Assembly (NCBI GenBank): GCA_963807635.1
Contig: CAWEDJ010000104.1
Span: 1 to 13,439 of the forward strand
Length of the DNA stretch: 13,439 nucleotides
Direction of reading: 5' to 3'
Source of the DNA: an uncultured cyanobacterium
Lineage (GTDB): Bacteria > Cyanobacteriota > Cyanobacteriia > Cyanobacteriales > Microcystaceae
The notes under the pieces are model-generated. The model saw only the letters and a program-made list of their open reading frames with translations, made no database searches and was not told the DNA's origin. This document shows, in pieces, positions 1-8,983 of the stretch; position 1 is the first letter of the stretch; every line of letters starts with the position of its first letter. Both the position numbers and the translations under genes were made by a program.

Positions 1-101
1 CCCTTAGCGTAGCCCAGCTTGAACAGCATAATTATCCACTAATGTTAAGTGTGTTAATTGATGACACGCTCTAAGACTATTTAACAAAATTAAGTATTCG
101 G

Positions 102-1301
102 TTAATTTTTAGGTAATTTATATTGACTAACAATTTTCTTTGCAAACTCTGGAACATGAGCCGCTAACTTCTCAGGATAATTCCGTTTCACATAAAGATA
201 ATTACGAGTGAAATGGGAATCAATACTAAAACGTGCATATTCCAAACCCTTCGGCCCAATAAACTTATCAATCACGATTCCCAAAAGCTTGGCAACCCAC
301 ATCGGCAACGTAACTGCTTTATCGTACGCTTGAATACTTTGTTGGACTGCTGCTTTACGATCGCCTTTTGAGATCACAGGTTGCACATTTAACTGGTCTT
401 TAACGAGGTCTAACATCTCGCGCCCCGTCTCATTACGAACCACAATCCATTGCCACCCGAAGGTCGCCCCCATATAGCCCACAACCAAATCCGAAAGAGA
501 ATTCACATAATCAAAACAACTCATACAAGAAGGCGCGAAAACATCCTTTAATTGATTCGTTTTTAAACCAAAAAAAGGAACCGTTTCCTCGGAACCGTCT
601 TCATGCTTGAAATGTACCCGAAAATCCTGCATAAATTCGTAATGAACGACTGTTTCAGGCGATCGGCTGGTCGTATCCAGAAATTTCTGTAATCCCGATC
701 GCGTCACATTATCCACACAGGGCGTACCCAACACATAAAGCTTTTCTAAACCCAATTCCTTCTCAACAGCGCGTAATGCTTGGATTTGACAGCCCACGCC
801 GATCACTAATAAGCGTTTCATTCCCGATTTTGCAACCTGTTCCAAGACCGACAAATTGGGCGATAACGTGGGTTTATTGACCCTAGCCGCTAAAACTTCT
901 TCGGGCGTGCGGGCAATCACGGGCATGGGCTGAAAACGGTCTTCGGGCGTATTTTGCACACAGACCACTCCCTCCACTAATCCCTTGGTTAACATTTCAC
1001 AGGCTAAACTACTGACAATTCCTGTCCATTGCGCTCCTTCAATCGGTTCTTGTTTTCGAGCCATCATCATCTCTTGATGTACCCCAAAATACCAATCATC
1101 CTCTTTCGTTAAATCCCGACTGCGACCGTGAGCCTCTTCTTCCAATTCAGCCACCTGTTGATTGAGAAACGCACAGGCTTCTTTGACGTAATGGATATAA
1201 TAGGTATCACAGAGTCCACACTCGCTACAGAGTGCTTTGGCGGGGCGGGGACTACTGGGCTTCAATCCTCTGGCTTTTTCGTGGGGAGCAGTGGCTGTCA
1301 T
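102..1301 (-). CDS. bciB: FrhB/FdhB-family (F420 hydrogenase beta-subunit-like) protein; probable ferredoxin-dependent 3,8-divinyl chlorophyllide 8-vinyl reductase (BciB/Slr1923 type)
   Basis: 399-aa ORF with an N-terminal CSECGLC Fe-S motif plus GAQWTGIV, GVGCQ, GTPCVDN and SCMSCFDY motifs typical of the cyanobacterial BciB / plant HCAR family. Confidence 0.88.
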   Translation of the reverse strand: MTATAPHEKARGLKPSSPRPAKALCSECGLCDTYYIHYVKEACAFLNQQVAELEEEAHGRSRDLTKEDDWYFGVHQEMMMARKQEPIEGAQWTGIVSSLACEMLTKGLVEGVVCVQNTPEDRFQPMPVIARTPEEVLAARVNKPTLSPNLSVLEQVAKSGMKRLLVIGVGCQIQALRAVEKELGLEKLYVLGTPCVDNVTRSGLQKFLDTTSRSPETVVHYEFMQDFRVHFKHEDGSEETVPFFGLKTNQLKDVFAPSCMSCFDYVNSLSDLVVGYMGATFGWQWIVVRNETGREMLDLVKDQLNVQPVISKGDRKAAVQQSIQAYDKAVTLPMWVAKLLGIVIDKFIGPKGLEYARFSIDSHFTRNYLYVKRNYPEKLAAHVPEFAKKIVSQYKLPKN

Positions 1302-1489
1302 GGCTAAATAATACTTGATCGCAATTAAGGTTAACGATCTCTCAAGTTAACCCAGAAGGTCAACACTGTGCCAAAAATCACTAAAGATTTGTAACAAAAT
1401 TCGGCCAGTTTGAGTATCATTAAAAAGGATATTTGACAAATTCATATCCTTAGCACTAATTATTAATTGTTGATGAAGGTCGAAATATT

Positions 1490-1783
1490 ATGTCCACCGA
1501 TGTATTAGAACGGCGATCGCCTGAAAACGCGACGATTCGGAAGCCAGCCCCCCGTTATAAAGTTTTACTCCATAATGATGACTATAACTCGATGGAGTAT
1601 GTGGTTCAATCCTTAATGCAAACCGTTGCAGGCATGACGCAACCCCAGGCGGTCGATATTATGATGGAAGCCCACACCAATGGCTTGGCTCTGGTGATTA
1701 CCTGTGTTCAGGAACACGCAGAATTCTATTCTGAAACCTTAAATAACTTGGGTTTAATCAGTACCATTGAACCCGACGAATAA
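1490..1783 (+). CDS. clpS: ATP-dependent Clp protease adaptor ClpS
   Basis: 97 aa containing YKVLLHNDDYNSMEYVV and MMEAHTNG, the ClpS signature segments. Confidence 0.96.
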   Translation: MSTDVLERRSPENATIRKPAPRYKVLLHNDDYNSMEYVVQSLMQTVAGMTQPQAVDIMMEAHTNGLALVITCVQEHAEFYSETLNNLGLISTIEPDE

Positions 1784-1803
1784 TCCTAAAAAGGCAATCC
1801 AAA

Positions 1804-2625
1804 TTGAAGATTAATTGGCCTAAATTTGCGACTTACCCAGCACCTCTGCGGCTGGGAATTTTTATTGCGATTTTATTAATTTGTTGGTTGCCGATCGCGT
1901 TACCTTTATATTCCATTTTGAACTATGACCCCAATTTAGCTTCAATTGTGACAATGGTTGCTTTATTTGGGATTTTCCTATTTTTATTAAAATTTTGGAG
2001 CGATCGCGTTTATGGAATCAGCAAAGGATTTGAGTTTTACGGTTTAGTTTGGACAAGACAAAATGGTATTGACTGGTTAAAAGGAATTGCTATTGGCTTA
2101 TTATTGACTTTTACCTTATTTTTTACGGAATCGCTCTTTGGCTGGGTACAAATTCAGCCGTCAAAAGTCTTTTTACTGAAAATTATTTTAGAAGGTAGTT
2201 TAACAGGATTGGGCGTTGCCTTTGCCGAAGAACTTTTTTTTCGGGGTTGGATACTCACAGAATTAGAAAAAGATTATTCTCTCAATCAATCTCTTTGGTC
2301 TAATGCACTTATTTTTGCAACCTTACATTTTTTGAAACCCGTAGGAGAAATTATCCGCACCTTTCCCCAATTTCCTGCCTTGTTTTTATTAGGAATTGCC
2401 CTAGTCTTAGCAAAGCGATCGCATCGCCAAACATTAGGAATCTGTATGGGTTTACATGGCGGATTAGTTTGGGGATATTACATTTTTAATGTCGGTGAAT
2501 TAATCAAATACTCTGATACAGTCCCAACTTGGATTACAGGCATCGATCGCAATCCTCTAGCGGGAGTCATGGGAATTTTATTTTTAATCATGTTAGTGCT
2601 GTGGAATAAACGCCGAACGCCGTAA
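1804..2625 (+). CDS. CPBP family (CAAX/Abi) intramembrane glutamic endopeptidase
   Basis: Multi-TM protein with EELFFRG, FATLH and LHGG motifs. TTG start 20 nt after the clpS stop, so probably co-transcribed. Confidence 0.9.
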   Translation: MKINWPKFATYPAPLRLGIFIAILLICWLPIALPLYSILNYDPNLASIVTMVALFGIFLFLLKFWSDRVYGISKGFEFYGLVWTRQNGIDWLKGIAIGLLLTFTLFFTESLFGWVQIQPSKVFLLKIILEGSLTGLGVAFAEELFFRGWILTELEKDYSLNQSLWSNALIFATLHFLKPVGEIIRTFPQFPALFLLGIALVLAKRSHRQTLGICMGLHGGLVWGYYIFNVGELIKYSDTVPTWITGIDRNPLAGVMGILFLIMLVLWNKRRTP

Positions 2626-2857
2626 TCTTCTCTTAAGACAAGCTGTAAAGATAAAACGTCAACTTTTTAGTCAATTTAGGTAATTAAGAGCCTAATTATC
2701 AGAAATTTGTTGATATCTTCTCTTTTTAGTGCAAAATATATGGAGGAACCACTCCTAAACTTGATGGTCTTTTTCGTGAAAAAAACATATTCGATTAAAG
2801 CAATTATTTAGAAAAATCTAGGCTTTAAACGCTTTCTTCCTCTAAATTAGGCTAAGG

Positions 2858-2866
2858 TGGTATAGT
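2858..2866 (+). promoter_or_regulatory. Candidate extended -10 promoter (TGGTATAGT) for the GT25 gene
   Basis: TGn + TATAGT about 160 nt upstream of the ATG at 3026, in an AT-rich intergenic region. Confidence 0.4.
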
Positions 2867-3025
2867 TTAAAAGTCCATATCTATAGTATTTATAGATATT
2901 TTTTGTCAGTCCATTTAATTTTGATTAATCTCTAGAAATTAATTGTATGCTCCTAAAAACAGTCATTCGTTAAAGGAAGACACAACCAAAAATATTTCAA
3001 TAGAAACTCAGTCACATTTGTTATT

Positions 3026-3769
3026 ATGAATAGCTCTGCACCTTTGCTAGATTATTTTGAACGATTATATATTATTCATCTGCCAGAACGGGTGGATCGC
3101 TACCGAGCTTTGGGAACTGAATTACTGAATATTGGGATTGATATCCAAGATCCAAAAGTCTATATTCCCCATGCTCCCAAGCCCAAGGAAACTAACGGAT
3201 TTACTTCGATTGGGGTTTATGGCAACTTCCTGAGCCATCTTGGTATCCTCAAAGAAGCCCTCAAAGACGGTTTAGAAAATGTCTGGATTCTGGAAGACGA
3301 CGCAATTTTTAGACGAAAACTTCGACAACCCTTAGAACAAGAAAAAATTGTACAGCATTTGACTCAAAATAGTTGGGATCTTTGTTATTTGGGTCATCAT
3401 ATCCAGAAGGCTGATCTCAGTGGTTATCCCCTGGGTTTAGTTCCCTATACGGGGGAATTTATTTGGGCGCATTGCTATTGTGTGAATGGAAAAACGTTAC
3501 ATCAGTTGGTTCAGTATATGGAAGAAACCTTGGAAAATCCATCGGGTCATCCCAGGGGCGGTCGTGTTTATATTGATGGAGCTTTAAACTTATTTCGACG
3601 GTTTTATCCAGAGGTAGTTTGTCTGGTGAGCAACCCTAATTTATCTAACCAAAAAGGATCTCCTAGTAGTTTAGCAGGAGGTCGTTGGTATGACCGAATG
3701 GACGCAATGCGGTTCTTGGTAACAGCCGCACGGGAAATTCGCGATGAGTTATGGCGGATAAGCGGCTAA
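3026..3769 (+). CDS. Glycosyltransferase family 25 (LPS/LOS biosynthesis-like) protein
   Basis: IIHLPERVDR, GNFLSHL and ILEDDA motifs match the GT25 pattern (I-x-L..R..R, G..SH, EDD). Confidence 0.8.
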   Translation: MNSSAPLLDYFERLYIIHLPERVDRYRALGTELLNIGIDIQDPKVYIPHAPKPKETNGFTSIGVYGNFLSHLGILKEALKDGLENVWILEDDAIFRRKLRQPLEQEKIVQHLTQNSWDLCYLGHHIQKADLSGYPLGLVPYTGEFIWAHCYCVNGKTLHQLVQYMEETLENPSGHPRGGRVYIDGALNLFRRFYPEVVCLVSNPNLSNQKGSPSSLAGGRWYDRMDAMRFLVTAAREIRDELWRISG

Positions 3770-3798
3770 TCTCAATGGATAAAAACCAGCATTTTAAT

Positions 3799-4233
3799 TC
3801 AGTCGCGATCGCCGATCGCCGTAAACTCCTTACCCCCAAAAATGGCTTCAAAATGTCGGTAGAATTTAAACTCTAGATAATTATAAAAGGGATCTTCTAA
3901 GAAAAAAGTCTGATGTTCAGTCAATTCCCCAACAAAGCGTTGTTTAGGCGATAAATGAAACGGCATATTTTGGCATTCCACTCGTCGGACTAAATTTTGC
4001 CAATCGGATTCCACTAAAAATATTATCCCGAAATGGCGGGGATAAATGCTCTTTTGACGGACTAGGGGTTCATCGGTGATATGGGCAACCACTTGATGAC
4101 CATAACAATTAAGAATTAAGGCTTTGTCAGTTGCTCGACCCAATTCACAACCCAACTGCTGACAATAAAAGAGCTTGGCTTTGTCAATATCGTTAATGGG
4201 AATCGCTAAGTGGAAAATCGTATTATTTATCAT
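3799..4233 (-). CDS. VOC (glyoxalase/bleomycin resistance) family protein
   Basis: FHLAIP, YGHQVVAH, PRHFG and DPFYNYLEFK motifs. The ATG at 4233 is preferred over the TTG at 4245. Confidence 0.88.
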   Translation of the reverse strand: MINNTIFHLAIPINDIDKAKLFYCQQLGCELGRATDKALILNCYGHQVVAHITDEPLVRQKSIYPRHFGIIFLVESDWQNLVRRVECQNMPFHLSPKQRFVGELTEHQTFFLEDPFYNYLEFKFYRHFEAIFGGKEFTAIGDRD

Positions 4234-4253
4234 AAAATTAACCAAAACGAATT

Positions 4254-5246
4254 TTAATCATGAACCTTGCCATCGGGCATCGTGGCTCCTCGAAAATTTA
4301 CCCCAGTCATATTGGCACTCATTAAATCCGCACGACTCAGGTTAGCATTAGTAAAATTGGCTCCCATTAAGTTTGCCCGCGCTAAAAAAGCCTCGATCAG
4401 TTCGGCATCCCCAAAGTTAGCTCCCGATAAGATGGCACGACTCAGATCGGCATGATTCATTCGGGTAAAACTTAAATTCGCTTGACTCAAATTGGCTAAA
4501 TTCAGGCAAGCATGGGTCATAATCGCTCCCTGACAATTAACCCCCATCATCTCTGCTTGAGGACATTGGGCCCTGACGAGATTGGCATTTTTTAAATTGG
4601 CCCCGACCATCCGCGCCCCTGATAAATTAGCCTCGGTTAATAGGGTTCCCTGAAGATTGGCATTGGTCAGATCGGCTTTACGAAGATCGGCATCCCGAAG
4701 GTTGGCTTCCTTAAGATTAGCTCCACTTAAATTCGCTCGACTGAGATCCACCCCCTTCATATTCGCCCCCTGAAGATCGGCTCGGCTAAAGTCAGCCGCT
4801 TGTAAATTAGTGTAATAACTTTTCTTTTCTTGACGCATATTGGCTCCTCTCAGACAAGCTCCTGTGAGAGTTGCACCACTTAAATCGGCTCCTCTTAGAT
4901 CTGCCCCAATGAGGTTGGTGTCTAATAACATTGCCAAGGTAATGTCGCTATCTTTTAAAATCGCGCCCTGCATTAATGCCCCATGTAAATTAGCTCCTCG
5001 TAAATCGGCACTACTGAGATCGGCTTGATTTAAACTGGCTCCACTCAGATTGGCTCCAACTAAATTCGCCTGATTCAAATTGGCTCGATTTAGATAGGCA
5101 AACAACAAATTAGCTCCGTGCAGATCCGCTTCCCTTAAGACAATACCGATCAGGTCGGCACCCGATAGGTTGACTCCTGGCAGTTTTAGTCCGATGAAGA
5201 GTTTTTCGCCTGCTGTGTAACGTTGAATTAGTTCATGGCCATTCAT
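4254..5246 (-). CDS. Pentapeptide repeat protein
   Basis: Nearly continuous A(D/N)Lxx repeats with the typical cyanobacterial N-cap (ELIQRYTAGEKLF) and C-cap (GATMPDG). Confidence 0.95.
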   Translation of the reverse strand: MNGHELIQRYTAGEKLFIGLKLPGVNLSGADLIGIVLREADLHGANLLFAYLNRANLNQANLVGANLSGASLNQADLSSADLRGANLHGALMQGAILKDSDITLAMLLDTNLIGADLRGADLSGATLTGACLRGANMRQEKKSYYTNLQAADFSRADLQGANMKGVDLSRANLSGANLKEANLRDADLRKADLTNANLQGTLLTEANLSGARMVGANLKNANLVRAQCPQAEMMGVNCQGAIMTHACLNLANLSQANLSFTRMNHADLSRAILSGANFGDAELIEAFLARANLMGANFTNANLSRADLMSANMTGVNFRGATMPDGKVHD

Positions 5247-5272
5247 AAATTTTTTAAGAAGATGAAAAAGGA

Positions 5273-6439
5273 TTAGAAAACTGATTTGAGTGCTTGGATG
5301 ATGGTTCCTGCGGTTTGTAAATAGGCTTCCGTTTCTGCAAAGGTTTTGGCTTCAGCGAAGAGTTTGGCTTCAATTTCCGCGATCGGTTTTCCCGTTAAAA
5401 TAACTTGTTGCATGAGGTCATCTAAGCTATAGCCCCTAAGCATGGCCCAGTCTTTGCCCTGTTTGTCCCAACTGTGGAAGAGGACTGAGAATAGGAGAAT
5501 TTTTGTCCGTAGGGGGTTGGTGTATTGCATAATCTCTAAACGCAATTCAAATAAATTGTACGCTTTCGGCGCGTTTGCGGATGGATTCTTTTGGGGTTGA
5601 CTGTTTGAACTTAGGACGGTCTCGATGGGTTCGGCGTTTACTTCTATGATGGAGGTTTCGATGTCTTGGCGACGGTTAGCTCTGGTTAGGGCTAGGGCAT
5701 CGGGAGTTTGTAAAATTTGGGTTTTGAGTGCCTGACTATGGGGATTTTCCTCTCCTTCATCGAAGTTTTCGTACAGGCAATCCATTTGGCTTAAAATTAG
5801 GTTGGCGATCGCGAGATAAAGAGTTTGTTTATTAATATTGGCGACCAATTGATTAAAAACAAATTGAATTTCTTCTTTTCTGGGATACTTTTCGCGGAGT
5901 TCGGTGATCAAATTTTTCAGCCCATAGCGATGGATCACCTCTGCATCGTTTTCCCAGGAATCCTTGCAGGCCGCATAAACCAATTTCACCATGCGAGAAG
6001 CTTCAGAATGTTGGGAAAGTTTGTTGGCAATTTGTTCTGCTAAAAAATCCTGATCGATGACCTGGGTTTCCTTCTCTGAAGGCGATCGCTCCACCACCGT
6101 CATCTTGGTTTGATTACCCTCATCACTCTCTCGCTTTTTCTCACTTTGATAAACAGGGGTGAGTTGCTCCAGAATCACCTTAGCCACCGCCGCATAAACC
6201 TTGGGACGATTGAGAATTTTAACCAATTTATACATTGAGAAGGTTAACTGCTCAATAGTCGGCTTGGCTTGCACCAATTCTAATAACAACTGATTTAAGG
6301 AAAAACTTTGGAGAACATTCGGATCATTTTCCCAATACTTTTTACAGAGACAGAAAACTAATTTCTGGATTCTCTGGAACTCTTCATGTTCCTCTAGATA
6401 ATGGGCTACTGGGGTTAATGATTCAGATGATAATGGCAT
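5273..6439 (-). CDS. Hypothetical protein with two clear and one degenerate ~90-aa helical internal repeats
   Basis: 388-aa ORF. RIQKLVFCLCKKYWEND and RMVKLVYAACKDSWEND are 126 aa apart. It ends 26 nt before the pentapeptide gene. Confidence 0.85.
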   Translation of the reverse strand: MPLSSESLTPVAHYLEEHEEFQRIQKLVFCLCKKYWENDPNVLQSFSLNQLLLELVQAKPTIEQLTFSMYKLVKILNRPKVYAAVAKVILEQLTPVYQSEKKRESDEGNQTKMTVVERSPSEKETQVIDQDFLAEQIANKLSQHSEASRMVKLVYAACKDSWENDAEVIHRYGLKNLITELREKYPRKEEIQFVFNQLVANINKQTLYLAIANLILSQMDCLYENFDEGEENPHSQALKTQILQTPDALALTRANRRQDIETSIIEVNAEPIETVLSSNSQPQKNPSANAPKAYNLFELRLEIMQYTNPLRTKILLFSVLFHSWDKQGKDWAMLRGYSLDDLMQQVILTGKPIAEIEAKLFAEAKTFAETEAYLQTAGTIIQALKSVF

Positions 6440-6773
6440 GATTCGCTGTAATAACTCCCAAATGGATTTAACTCCCCATAGGCGTGGTGGTATGACTTTC
6501 CACTAAAAAGACTCCACACACCCTATGATACCCAAATAAGCGCAATAATTAACGTATCCATTGAAATTAGAACTTCCAAGACGACAAATGCTTAGGTGGC
6601 ATAAACTCTCTGCTGCTTTCCCGTAGAAAAGAATCTCGTTTTAACCGAGCAGTATGGATTTGTCGAAAAATCGTGACATTTCAGAGATAAGATTTTCCTT
6701 ATTATTCCATCTAACAGCAAATCCCTAAACAGATTGGCTCAAAAAGAGGCGATCGCATCTTTGAAAATTAGCT

Positions 6774-7064
6774 TTAGATCTTAAAAAACTGAATTTTGGG
6801 TTCTAGCGGCTCCTGCACCAAACCGACTCCTGCAAAACCCCAGCGTTGAAGTTGATTTTTGAGTTGAGTTCCTGTTACCGACTCCACCGCAAAACGACTT
6901 GCCACATCGGGCGCGTGGGTATTAACATAACTCAAGGCTTCATAATCTTCTTTAAATAATAAAATATAGTTGACTTCCCTATTCTTATCAGGATTTTTAA
7001 GACGAGCCGTCACGTATTGTCCATCTAACCTAGAGCGCAGAATATAATGAATTTCAGTAAACAT
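6774..7064 (-). CDS. Hypothetical protein (96 aa)
   Basis: Clean ATG ORF starting 28 nt downstream of the permease stop on the same strand, with globular protein-like composition. Confidence 0.8.
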   Translation of the reverse strand: MFTEIHYILRSRLDGQYVTARLKNPDKNREVNYILLFKEDYEALSYVNTHAPDVASRFAVESVTGTQLKNQLQRWGFAGVGLVQEPLEPKIQFFKI

Positions 7065-7092
7065 TTTGAGATAATCACAAATTAGTTAAAAA

Positions 7093-8148
7093 TCATTTCA
7101 AGTCCGAAAGTTTAATCCGAGGGTCAACCGCTTTTAAAAGTAAATCAGCCAGTAAATTCCCCACAATTAACATGGCCGCTCCCATCATCAAACTGCCCAT
7201 AACAAGATACAAATCTTGAGCCGTGACCGCTTGTAAAATTAATCGTCCTAACCCTGGCCAATTGAAGAAAAATTCAGCAATAAATGCTCCACTTAATAAA
7301 CTGGAAAACTCAAATCCCAGCAGGGTAATTAGGGGATTAATCGCGTTACGGAGAGCGTGGACGTAAATAACCTTATTTTCAGGTAATCCCTTCGCTCTAG
7401 CGGTCTGGATATAGTCCTGACGCATAACGTCCAATAATTGTCCCCTAGTCAATCGTTGCAATCCTGCAAAGCTGGTAATACTCAAGGCTAAGGTCGGCAA
7501 AATCATGTGCCAAAGAATGTCACTAATTTTACCTACCGTCGAAAATTCTGCAAAATCAATGCTCGTCATGTCGCCAACGGGTAAGAGGGGAGAAACATTC
7601 TGGGCAACAATCAGTAACACTAAAGCCGTAATAAAACTGGGAAAACCTTGTCCAAAATAACTCAAAACTCGTAAAACTTTATCGAGTAAGGTACTTTGTT
7701 TGACCGCACTAATTACCCCCAAAGGAATCGCGATCGCCCAGGTAATAATAATCGAAGAAATGGCTAATAATAACGTTGCTGGAATACGTTCTAGCAATAA
7801 AGAACCAACAGAACGATTGTAAACAAAACTTTGTCCAAAATTAAAGCGAGTAATGACCTGCACAAGCCAGAGCCAATATTGGACATACCAAGGCTTATCT
7901 AAACCAAACTGAATTTTAATTTCCTTAATGGTTTCAGGAGAAATTTTAGGATTTTGTTGGAGCGTATCCAAATAACTCCCTGGAGCCAACTGAATAATCA
8001 GAAAACTTAATAAAGAAGCCAATAAAAGCGTTAATAATCCTTGTAAAATACGCTTGGCAATATACAAAAAAGTTTCACTGGTCAACCAGATAACAATCTG
8101 ACTAAACCAGCGATTCATAATGGGTGAAGCAGGCGATCGCGTCGTCAT
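7093..8148 (-). CDS. Peptide/nickel ABC transporter permease (DppB/OppB family)
   Basis: N-terminal PG...FGLDKPWYVQY segment, EAA-loop DYIQTARAKGL, and C-terminal FNWPGLG...DPRI. Confidence 0.93.
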   Translation of the reverse strand: MTTRSPASPIMNRWFSQIVIWLTSETFLYIAKRILQGLLTLLLASLLSFLIIQLAPGSYLDTLQQNPKISPETIKEIKIQFGLDKPWYVQYWLWLVQVITRFNFGQSFVYNRSVGSLLLERIPATLLLAISSIIITWAIAIPLGVISAVKQSTLLDKVLRVLSYFGQGFPSFITALVLLIVAQNVSPLLPVGDMTSIDFAEFSTVGKISDILWHMILPTLALSITSFAGLQRLTRGQLLDVMRQDYIQTARAKGLPENKVIYVHALRNAINPLITLLGFEFSSLLSGAFIAEFFFNWPGLGRLILQAVTAQDLYLVMGSLMMGAAMLIVGNLLADLLLKAVDPRIKLSDLK

Positions 8149-8666
8149 TTAATACTCAACAAGAGTAATGATCGGTAAATTTGGCAGTCTTTTTCGTCCG
8201 CCAAGATCTTGTAATTCAATAATAAAAGCAAATCCCAAAACATTACAGCCAATTCGAGAAAGTAATTCCGCCGTGGCCTTTGCCGTACCACCTGTAGCAA
8301 TCAAATCATCAACAATAAGGACACTATGGTGATTTTGTAGAGCATCCTGATGAATTTCTAGGCTATCAGTGCCATATTCTAGGTCATACTCAATTTGATG
8401 TACCGCCGCAGGTAATTTGCCCGGTTTACGGACAGGGATAAATCCAGCCCCCAAATGATACGCCAGGGGAACGCCAAATAAAAACCCTCTAGATTCCATA
8501 CCAACAACGTAATCGGGGGTAAGTCCCATCGCCTTACATTTTTCAGTTAGCGTATTAATAGTGTACCTAAGTCCTTCAGGATGACCCAGGAGAGTCGTAA
8601 TATCTCGAAAAAGATCCCAGGTTTAGGAAAATCGGGGATATCGCGGATGAGTGATTTGAGATCCAT
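8149..8666 (-). pseudogene. apt: Adenine phosphoribosyltransferase, interrupted as sequenced by a 1-nt deletion near 8608-8612 (may be a sequencing error)
   Basis: The ATG at 8666 gives [31 protein letters not shown]... continues in another frame into the ORF carrying ESRGF, RKPGKLP, LEYG and the PRPP motif [11 protein letters not shown]. 518 nt + 1 = 172 codons + stop. Confidence 0.9.
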
Positions 8667-8752
8667 TACCAATATTTTTGATAGCGACAGTCGAACCTTT
8701 TACGTTAACCCAATCGGTTAGCGTAAACAAGCAATAGTTTACTGTATTAAGA

Positions 8753-8825
8753 TGGCTCAGGCGAGAGTTGAACTTGCGACCTTGGGCTTATGAGTCCCCT
8801 GCTCTAACCACTGAGCTACTGAGCC
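8753..8825 (-). tRNA. tRNA-Met(CAT), probably elongator; CCA not encoded
   Basis: Reverse complement is GGCTCAGTAGCTCAGTGGTTAGAGCAGGGGACTCATAAGCCCAAGGTCGCAAGTTCAACTCTCGCCTGAGCCA: 7-bp acceptor stem, D-arm, CAT anticodon and GTTC T-loop. G1-C72 is paired, unlike initiator fMet. Ile2(CAT) cannot be fully excluded. Confidence 0.93.
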
Positions 8826-8843
8826 TAGTTTTGCACGCTGTCT

Positions 8844-8873
8844 AGCATAACACTAAATCAAGATTTTTGTACA
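8844..8873 (-). promoter_or_regulatory. Candidate sigma70-type promoter of tRNA-Met
   Basis: Minus strand reads TGTACA-18 nt-TATGCT with an extended TG (TGTTATGCT), ending 18 nt upstream of the tRNA. Confidence 0.5.
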
Positions 8874-8983
8874 TTAAGTTTTTGAGTGTTCCTAAAATAC
8901 GTTGGCTAAAAACTCGCCAATCAACTCCTCGGTATGACTTGAGCCGCGATCGCTTTCGTCTAATCTGAACGACCTGCTAGAGA

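Noticed and set aside
1..29. Possible start of a minus-strand gene (MLFKLGYAK...)
   Set aside because: Only nine codons are visible, which is too little to support a call.
4267..5028. Plus-strand 62-aa ORFs with periodic sequence
   Set aside because: Antisense shadows of the pentapeptide-repeat gene.
8783..8799. Imperfect tRNA anticodon stem (G27-A43 and A31-G39 unpaired)
   Set aside because: The other arms are well formed, and as I recall similar stems occur in cyanobacterial elongator tRNA-Met. Not enough to call a pseudo-tRNA.
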